From: PVC group bacterium | GTDB lineage: Bacteria; GCA-001730085; JADFSZ01 | DNA: 5,899 nucleotides | Reading direction: 5' to 3' | Assembly (NCBI GenBank): GCA_022560555.1 | Contig: JADFSZ010000113.1 | Coordinates: 1-5,899, forward strand | In this document: positions 1 through 5,649 of the stretch, piece by piece | Layout of the letters: every line of letters starts with the position of its first letter | Position numbering within the stretch: the first letter of the stretch is position 1 | Made by a program: the position numbers and the translations under genes | The notes under the pieces: model-generated | Database searches by the model: none | The model's input: only the letters and a program-made list of their open reading frames with translations | Told to the model about the DNA's origin: nothing

Positions 1-9
1 CTGAAACTG

Positions 10-1245
10 TCAATCTCCTTCCTTTTTCTTCAATTTCATCTGTTCTAAAACCCAGTCTTCCATATCAAAAATATCTTTAGCCGGCAACGCCCTCCAGCCG
101 CCCAAGGATTCTGCCGAAAGTATGGCCGGTATGGTATGCTCAACGATATCCGCCACTATGGATGCCCCTCGATAGGATTCTCCAAAACTGATAATTCCTT
201 TGCCCTGCCAAACAGCCCATCTTGGAGCCCCATCCAGACAGGTTTGATAACCGTTGGCATGTTTCTGAAAATACTTTTTGTAGGATTGTGAAAAATGCTG
301 GATATCTTTCTTAGGGTTTTTACCTAAAATAACCGGAATCGGTTTCGTGCGGATCACGTGATCCGGTGTTAGAGGACCTCGACACGCAATCGATTTTAAC
401 TTAGGATGTTTTGAAAACGCGCTTGATGAGGCATCTGTATTCAACAAGGCCATCATGGGTGACCCTTTGAGAATTGAGACCATCTTTCTAATTTTCGCAA
501 GTTCAATACAATCTGATTCCGTTAGCTTATTTTGAGAAATTTTTCGATTGTTTTTAAGAACGCCTGGCCTGCGATTTTTCTTCAGATAATTCTCAGCCTT
601 TGAAACGATTTGTATCATCGCATCATAACTTGTCTTCGCGCTTTTACCCCACGTAAACACACCATGATTCAGCAAAATCATTCCCTCATAGTTCTCCCAA
701 TGTATGTTTTTCGTAAGTTCATACACTTTTTTGGCCAGAATAAATCCGGGCATAATATACGGAACAATGATGATATGCGTCCCGTAAATCTCTTGAACAA
801 TCTTTTTTCCGTGAGGGGTATTTGTCAGGGTGACAACAGCATCGGCGTGTGTGTGGTCCACATAATCAAAAGGGATAATCGCATGCAGGATGGCTTCCAC
901 CGAAGGATTCGGTGCATTTGGATCCGTCATGTTTGATCTCTGAAGACTTACCATCTCCTCATCGCCCAAACATTCTAACTTAGCCATTTTTTTTAAGGCA
1001 GACAAGCGGACAGGAGAAAACCCCTTGGATTCTATCGTCGCCAAATCCGCTCCGCTTCCTTTAACATAGAGTATTTTCTCTGATTCCCCAAAGCGATTTA
1101 TGATGCAAGCTTTTACGGATGTGTTTCCTCCTCCATGTAAAACTAGATTCGGCTCCTGCCCAATAAGTCTTGAGGAATAAACCCGCATCCTGAGAGGATT
1201 GTTCCTGTGTTTTTTTGCTTCTTGAGAGTTCCAAATATTTTTCAT
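10..1245 (-). CDS. Class II aldolase/adducin-domain protein. It corresponds to the aldolase half of the 'bifunctional aldolase/short-chain dehydrogenase' (YuxG/RhaEW-like) family and has no fused SDR domain.
   Basis: The open frame spans 10..1341. I place the start at the ATG at 1245..1243, which has AAAGGA 5 nt upstream. The 32 codons before it are Arg-rich junk and overlap the end of the upstream gene. Family-typical motifs are LHGGGNTSVK, YVKGSGADL, VDHTHADAV (metal-binding His cluster), ILLNHGVFTWG and LTPDHVIRTK. The protein ends ...EDWVLEQMKLKKKEGD*, with its stop at 10..12. Confidence 0.8.
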   Translation of the reverse strand: MKNIWNSQEAKKHRNNPLRMRVYSSRLIGQEPNLVLHGGGNTSVKACIINRFGESEKILYVKGSGADLATIESKGFSPVRLSALKKMAKLECLGDEEMVSLQRSNMTDPNAPNPSVEAILHAIIPFDYVDHTHADAVVTLTNTPHGKKIVQEIYGTHIIIVPYIMPGFILAKKVYELTKNIHWENYEGMILLNHGVFTWGKSAKTSYDAMIQIVSKAENYLKKNRRPGVLKNNRKISQNKLTESDCIELAKIRKMVSILKGSPMMALLNTDASSSAFSKHPKLKSIACRGPLTPDHVIRTKPIPVILGKNPKKDIQHFSQSYKKYFQKHANGYQTCLDGAPRWAVWQGKGIISFGESYRGASIVADIVEHTIPAILSAESLGGWRALPAKDIFDMEDWVLEQMKLKKKEGD

Positions 1246-1274
1246 GTAAATCCTTTTATCTAACCTTCGGACAA

Positions 1275-2267
1275 CTAAATGGCCCCGTGGCATTCTTCGT
1301 ACGGCACCCCGCTTCCGCACGGACAAAGGCCGTCGCCGCAAGCCCCCTCACTACTTCCCTGATCATGAGAGACAGGAACGGATATGTGCACCTCCGGGGC
1401 TCCAAAAGAGTCATACGCATCGCCTGTATAAGCACCCTCGGCGGGAGGTTGTCCAACATTCATGTCACTTATGGCTTCATGATCTTGGAGCATATTTTGT
1501 TTATCGGAAATTTCTTTCGTGACCTGATCAAAAGTTTGTGACTGGTCCGAAACAGGAACACCCGGAATCGCGATTGATTCACCGTAAGGCTGCCAGCCGT
1601 CGGGAGGCATATAGCTTGTCTTTGTATCCTTTGGACAAGGATATAAATTTCGGGCATTAGTAACATCATCATCCTCAATAGGAGAATGTCGCGCGGTCCG
1701 CGGAAGCCGTTTATACATCACGGCATTGGATTTTGTGCTGTGCTTTAAGCCAAGAGCATGCCCCGCTTCATGCGCCATGGCTGACTGTAAATCATTGGCC
1801 ATCGCCCCGGGGAAATTGACATAGAGGCCATCCCCCCCCATTCCTAAAAATGCTTCGCCCCAAAAAATCACGTCAAACTCATCGCCGACTTTTTTTGTTA
1901 CGGCCAAAGCATCCCCGGCACCAACACGTTTTTGGATTTTTTTAAATCCATCTTCATCCATGGTGAGATAAACTACATTGACTTTATCTCCGGATTTGTA
2001 TTTCGCGTTTGAAAATCCCACATATTCGAATTTCACGCAAACATCCGGCAGTCCGTTCCAAGCGTTAAATCCTCCAACGATGCGGTCCACAATTTTCTTC
2101 TTTTGTTTGGCGCTGATCCTGAAATTATCTAATTCGTAGATATTAATTGCGTATTGGTACACTTTCACATCCCCTTTCGCGAACACAAGAGAAAAATCAA
2201 ACACACCTTCCATGAAGACTAAAGAAAGTATTCCGAGCAACAAGTATTTTGCTGATTTCATTATCAT
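1275..2267 (-). CDS. Secreted matrixin-like (M10/metzincin) zinc metalloprotease with an acidic linker and a C-terminal SEC-C-type zinc-binding motif.
   Basis: The ORF is 330 aa. The ATG at 2267 has AAGGGGA 5 nt upstream. The N-terminus MIMKSAKYLLLGILSLVF...SLVFA|KGD resembles a signal peptide. The zinc site HEAGHALGLKH (1740..1772) is followed by the Met-turn AVMY and DDDVTNARNLYP, as in matrixins. The C-terminal residues CPCGSGVPYEECHGAI (1278..1325) fit the SecA CxCx8CH pattern. Confidence 0.85.
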   Translation of the reverse strand: MIMKSAKYLLLGILSLVFMEGVFDFSLVFAKGDVKVYQYAINIYELDNFRISAKQKKKIVDRIVGGFNAWNGLPDVCVKFEYVGFSNAKYKSGDKVNVVYLTMDEDGFKKIQKRVGAGDALAVTKKVGDEFDVIFWGEAFLGMGGDGLYVNFPGAMANDLQSAMAHEAGHALGLKHSTKSNAVMYKRLPRTARHSPIEDDDVTNARNLYPCPKDTKTSYMPPDGWQPYGESIAIPGVPVSDQSQTFDQVTKEISDKQNMLQDHEAISDMNVGQPPAEGAYTGDAYDSFGAPEVHISVPVSHDQGSSEGACGDGLCPCGSGVPYEECHGAI

Positions 2268-2279
2268 GGGTATCCCCTT

Positions 2280-2630
2280 TTATTGAGTCTCAACGCTATT
2301 CTTCTCTTCGATCAATTTAATGATTTTGATTTCGACAGGGATGCCCCACATTTGTATTGTCATCACATCCGCCGGCACGGCTTCGAAAGAGACCCTCAGG
2401 CCGTCTTTCTTGTATTCTTCTTCTAAGTTGAGCGGGTAATATTTATCACCTTGGTCTGAAACGATCCCGTAAAAGCCTCCTTCAAATTCCATATACCGCA
2501 CTTCCCCAACACCTGCAATCATGCTTTGGGCCTGCCCGCGGCATGACGTCAAAAAGACGAACAGAATAACAAACAAAAGTTTTGTTTTCATACCACATCT
2601 CTTTGATGTCACTCTCATAAAGTATTTCAT
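2280..2630 (-). CDS. Small putative lipoprotein of unknown function with a beta-rich mature domain of about 85 aa.
   Basis: The ORF is 116 aa. The ATG at 2630 is preceded by AAAGGG 6 nt upstream, and an alternative ATG lies at 2591 (MKTKLL...). The hydrophobic segment LLFVILFVFLTSC ends in the lipobox-like L-T-S-C. The stop (2280..2282) lies 12 nt before the protease ATG, and the protease SD sits in that gap. I recognise no family. Confidence 0.6.
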   Translation of the reverse strand: MKYFMRVTSKRCGMKTKLLFVILFVFLTSCRGQAQSMIAGVGEVRYMEFEGGFYGIVSDQGDKYYPLNLEEEYKKDGLRVSFEAVPADVMTIQMWGIPVEIKIIKLIEEKNSVETQ

Positions 2631-2796
2631 AGAGAACCCTTTCGTTTGGCGGGAAACAAAAACAATGAAAACACTGAGGAATAAACCGATTAAAACTTCT
2701 CAATTAAGAAATCAAATTTCGGATAATCCATGTAAGATTTTTACCCGCACAATTATCATGTTTTGTAATATAGATTTAGATCTTAATTAAATGAAT

Positions 2797-2825
2797 AGTG
2801 TAAGATACGATGAATATAGTGTCAA
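2797..2825 (-). promoter_or_regulatory. Candidate sigma70-type promoter for the lipoprotein/metzincin (and possibly aldolase) transcription unit.
   Basis: On the minus strand the sequence reads TTGACA (2825..2820), a 17-nt spacer, then TACACT (2802..2797). It lies in the AT-rich gap upstream of the lipoprotein gene and implies a leader of about 160-200 nt. Confidence 0.3.
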
Positions 2826-2861
2826 TATGCTAAATATAACAGAGAGAATTCAGAGCTTGTG

Positions 2862-3350
2862 TCAATTTTCACCAATTCTTTTATAGATGTAAGTTTCTGA
2901 TGAAATGAGCATTGTGATAGAAATAAAGAGCATAAAGCTGAGGCCGATCTTGGCGTCTTTAAAATGGTTGAGCCATCCTAAGTCCAATGCTTTCATCACA
3001 TTGTACTGAGTTCCATTGGGAAGCACAAACATAGAAAATTTTACCCACAAGAGCTTTAGGTGCGTTAAAATTGGAGAGTAACCGGGATGAAAAAGAACAT
3101 TGTTATATGCACCGTAGTCGTACTCACTATAAAACAAGGTTGTGTGCTCCGTGAAGCTCACTAGTACTCCGAGAAGATTGACGGCCACTCCGGCCGCAAA
3201 CAGCCCCAAGGCCCATTTTCTCCATTTGGGTTCTTTCCGAAGCAGCGAAGCTATCGGTAACATTAACAACGAGACAACAGGATATAGAAATCGGGGGCCC
3301 CATGAAATACCGCCGCCCCAATTGATCCAAAGAGACGTTCCGAGTAAAAT
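2862..3350 (-). pseudogene. C-terminal remnant of a polytopic membrane protein of the GT-C/ArnT-PMT-like glycosyltransferase type. The N-terminus is missing.
   Basis: The listed ORF 2862..3269 begins at a TTG, and the first ATG is at 3263 with no SD. The same frame stays open for 27 more codons upstream and reads ILLGTSLWINWGGGISWGPRFLYPVVS, which looks protein-like and contains no start codon. An in-frame TGA lies at 3351..3353. Only about 80 nt separate that stop from the desaturase stop. The hydrophobic segments and the WGPR(F/Y)L and HPGYSPI motifs resemble the tail of about 500-aa GT-C enzymes. It might alternatively be expressed as a 133-135 aa product. Confidence 0.5.
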
Positions 3351-3435
3351 TCAGAAAAAAACCCGCTTAAGGAAATCATATCCAAAGTAAAGTTTCTCTT
3401 AGGGGGATAAGCTCGCAAGGTCCTGCGAACTCATA

Positions 3436-4479
3436 TTAAGCCAGGGCTTTTTTAAGAAAACGGAAACTCACCATTTTGCGTTGATTTTCGTCCCACAGTC
3501 TCCAGCGAAGAGATTTTAAACTTTCCCTAAGCCCGATAGAACGGGCATCCTGGAACATGGCGTGGCTTTCATGGCACTTATTCAACAGGTAATTAGGGAT
3601 CTTAGGACTTAAATGATGAACATGATGAAACCCAATATTTCCGGTAAACCAGTGAAGGATTTTTGGCAAGCGATAAAACGAACTTCCCTCAAAAGCCACC
3701 GCGGTGTAATCCCAGCTCTTGCTGTTTTCCCAATACATATCCTCAAACTGATGCTGGATGTAAAACAACCATACCCCGCACGTCGAATACACAATGAGTA
3801 TCGGCAGCTGGATCATGATGAATGCCTTAAACCCAACAAGCCAAGTCATGAGTCCAATCACACACAGTATCCCAATATTCGTTACATGAACATTTTTACG
3901 TATATGACGGCTAAATTTCTTTACAGGTATACGATGGATCACGAGGGCTAGCATAAGCGGCAAAACAAGAAAAAGCATCACCGGATTGCGATACACCCGA
4001 TACTTGAAACGCATCCAGCGCGAAGCGTCCGTGTATTCCCGAACCGTCATTGTCCAGATATCCCCCACCCCGCGTTTTTCCAAATTACCGGCACAGGCGT
4101 GATGCACAGCGTGCTCGTGTCGCCATTGTAAATACGGCGTCATCACTAGCATACCCAGGAAACTTCCGAGATAATCGCTGACCTTTTGGGACTTGAAAAA
4201 AGCTCCGTGTCCGCAATCATGAAAAATGATGAAGAGACGTATCAGCAATCCTGCCGTGGGAAGTGCGATGAGCAGGGTCAGGACGTAAGAAATCTTAAGG
4301 GTTTGAACCATCAAGGCCCAGAGTAAGATATAGGGAACAAATGTATTGATCAGTTGAAACAGGCTGCGCCTTATATGCGAACCTTGAAACTCCTTGATAA
4401 CGTCCTGCCAGAATCCCTTTTTTAAAGGATCTTGAGCCTCTGCCTGTGTTTTCTCCAGTTTTGTCTCATGAGTGTTCAT
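3436..4479 (-). CDS. Membrane fatty-acid desaturase (di-iron, three histidine boxes; acyl-lipid/Delta12-FADS-like type).
   Basis: The ORF is 347 aa. The His boxes are HDCGH, HEHAVHH and HHVHH, in the canonical order and spacing. Several hydrophobic spans flank them, and WFTGNIGFHHVHHLSPKIPNY is typical of the family. The ATG is at 4479..4477. Confidence 0.9.
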   Translation of the reverse strand: MNTHETKLEKTQAEAQDPLKKGFWQDVIKEFQGSHIRRSLFQLINTFVPYILLWALMVQTLKISYVLTLLIALPTAGLLIRLFIIFHDCGHGAFFKSQKVSDYLGSFLGMLVMTPYLQWRHEHAVHHACAGNLEKRGVGDIWTMTVREYTDASRWMRFKYRVYRNPVMLFLVLPLMLALVIHRIPVKKFSRHIRKNVHVTNIGILCVIGLMTWLVGFKAFIMIQLPILIVYSTCGVWLFYIQHQFEDMYWENSKSWDYTAVAFEGSSFYRLPKILHWFTGNIGFHHVHHLSPKIPNYLLNKCHESHAMFQDARSIGLRESLKSLRWRLWDENQRKMVSFRFLKKALA

Positions 4480-4488
4480 AATGGCAGT

Positions 4489-4497
4489 ATATTACCA
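4489..4497 (-). promoter_or_regulatory. Possible extended -10 promoter element (TGgTAATAT) immediately upstream of the desaturase ATG.
   Basis: The minus strand reads TGG TAATAT actgccatt ATG. The -10 hexamer ends 9 nt before the start codon. There is no purine-rich SD in between and no convincing -35. Confidence 0.25.
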
Positions 4498-4801
4498 GAC
4501 TTATCCCAATAAATACAGAAAAAAATAATAATTCTTAACTCATTTACTCTAAAAGCATTCGGAATGAGAGGAACATTGAACCTCTTTCAAAATAGGGGCA
4601 ATAAGCGAGTTCACAAGATTTTGAGAAACTCATATCAAGCCATGAGTGCTTCGCCTCCGTACGGCCCCCAGGCATCAGCATGATCTACAGACACGAAACG
4701 GCCAAGATAATTGCAATGCAAACGAGCGGTTTGTTCACTGCTGGAAGCCCTTATTTTTGAGGAAAAGATGGGGTTGCTGACTAAACCACATTCGCACTTG
4801 T

Positions 4802-5160
4802 TTAAGCAAAGGAATTTTGAAGATACTGAATGATACTGTTTGAATCATACATCCATTGAACCCTACCGTTTTCTTCGATACGCAGGCACGGGACTTCGCG
4901 TTTACCACCTTCCTTTAATAATTCATTTCCGATTTTGGCAGTTTTGGCATCATGCAGTTCGATGTCGACATTCAATTTGTAAAGCACCCGACGCACCGGG
5001 AACTAAACGGACAGGCATGAAACTGATATAAGGATAAATTCTTAGATCGGCGGTCCACGTCCCTTTGATCATCTTGGGATCTCTGTATCGACTTCTGACG
5101 AGTTATGACATCAAAAATAACAATCAAGACGCCTAATATGTTTCGGATATATTTCATCAT
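4802..5160 (-). pseudogene. Membrane-anchored glutaredoxin/GST-N-like thioredoxin-fold gene interrupted by a 1-nt frameshift.
   Basis: ORF 4972..5160 encodes a TM helix (ILGVLIVIFDVI) and then LSLYQFHACPFSS, before running into a nonsense tail. ORF 4802..4996 lies in the -1 frame relative to it. That ORF continues (V)RRVLYKLNVDIELHD...GGKREVPCLRIEENG..WMYDSNSIIQYL, the rest of the fold including the cis-Pro VPCL. A strong SD, GGGAGGT, precedes the ATG at 5160/5157. The two frames join at the CCCGG run at 4996..5000. Confidence 0.7.
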
Positions 5161-5240
5161 TCAACCTCCCGGTCAGACCTGTTTCATTCATCACTTGGGA
5201 TATGTTCCTAAATTATATACATACAAAAAGAAAGGGGTCC

Positions 5241-5519
5241 TTATTCATCTTGAGAAATAGGCGAAGTAATCACTTCGGCTGTACCTTCGCCAATTTGACC
5301 CACACCGCGAGCGGTCCCCTTAAAAGTCCCTGTCACAGTTCCTGTTATAGGATCCTGCTCTTTAACATCTTCGGAGATACCCTTCACAATTTCTACCGGT
5401 GCCGTGGCAATTTTTTGGACCCCTCTGGCAATCCGTCCAAGCAACCCTTTCGCATACACTATGCCTGTTGAAAAAAGGATCATCGCTGCAAGTGAAATGA
5501 TCGTAACAATGATTTTCAT
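5241..5519 (-). CDS. Small secreted protein resembling the exosortase system-associated TIGR04073 family.
   Basis: The ATG at 5519..5517 has GGGAGG 5-6 nt upstream. The longer ORF extending to 5573 lacks an SD. The signal peptide is MKIIVTIISLAAMILFSTGIVYA|KG. The mature part, LGRIARGVQKIATAPVEIVKGI...GTFKGTARGVGQIGEGTAEVITSPI, follows the G/K/R-x-G..EIPK..G..KG....G.GxxExxTxP pattern I recall for TIGR04073. This assignment is from memory, not a search. Confidence 0.55.
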   Translation of the reverse strand: MKIIVTIISLAAMILFSTGIVYAKGLLGRIARGVQKIATAPVEIVKGISEDVKEQDPITGTVTGTFKGTARGVGQIGEGTAEVITSPISQDE

Positions 5520-5649
5520 ACGAACCTCCCTTTGGTTAATTTTGATTGAAAAATATTTTACAGAAATACACATAATTGAAACATCTTTTAATAGTAACTA
5601 CTCCCAACTCCTATTCCTATTTTAATCTCAAACTCAAAATATGGTAGTT

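Noticed and set aside
12-30. SD-like AAGGAAGGAGA at the very end of the aldolase gene as evidence for a translationally coupled downstream gene.
   Set aside because: It is explained by the KKKEGD codons. No start codon occurs in the 9 nt remaining before the window edge, so any spacing would already be too long.
1246-1341. N-terminal extension of the aldolase ORF (MRRRPLSVRKRGAVRRMPRGHLVVRRLDKRIY).
   Set aside because: It is Arg-rich with no family similarity, and it overlaps the 3' end of the metalloprotease gene. A good SD plus ATG at 1245 begins the conserved sequence.
610-1678. ORFs 610..936(+), 1215..1541(+), 1256..1459(-) and 1469..1678(-).
   Set aside because: They are antisense or out-of-frame shadows inside the well-supported aldolase and metzincin genes. 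Their composition is low-complexity or odd, and they have no motifs and no SDs.
2482-2790. ORFs 2482..2703(-) and 2521..2790(+), including a 41-aa MKTLRNKP... peptide in the intergenic region.
   Set aside because: They overlap the lipoprotein gene out of frame or antisense. The intergenic part has no convincing SD and lies in AT-rich sequence, where open frames arise by chance.
3127-3390. ORFs 3127..3330(-) and 3142..3390(+).
   Set aside because: They are shadow frames over the membrane-protein remnant. They have no membrane or family character of their own.
3413-3428. Hairpin (tcgca-aggtcc-tgcga) downstream of the desaturase stop as a rho-independent terminator.
   Set aside because: The stem is only 5 bp, and no U-tract follows on the minus strand.
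3609-3951. ORFs 3609..3794(-) and 3613..3951(+).
   Set aside because: They lie entirely within the desaturase CDS, in other frames or on the other strand.
4567-4585. Inverted repeat agagg-N9-cctct in the spacer as a terminator for the glutaredoxin-like gene.
   Set aside because: The stem is short, the loop is 9 nt, and there is no U-run in the minus-strand orientation.
4990-5005. Programmed -1 ribosomal frameshift joining the two glutaredoxin-like ORFs.
   Set aside because: The shift site (U UCC CGG U) is not an X XXY YYZ slippery heptamer, and I see no obvious downstream stimulatory structure. A 1-nt indel or sequencing error at the CCCGG run is the simpler explanation.
4840-5625. Plus-strand ORFs 4840..5031, 5202..5471 and 5404..5625.
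   Set aside because: They are antisense to the glutaredoxin-like and TIGR04073-like genes. They have no SDs or recognisable motifs.
5590-5645. Short tandem hexamers (cctatt x2, ctcaaa x2) as an IS30 terminal repeat or other repeat element.
   Set aside because: There are only two copies of each, in AT-rich sequence. The partner IS end is not available for comparison.
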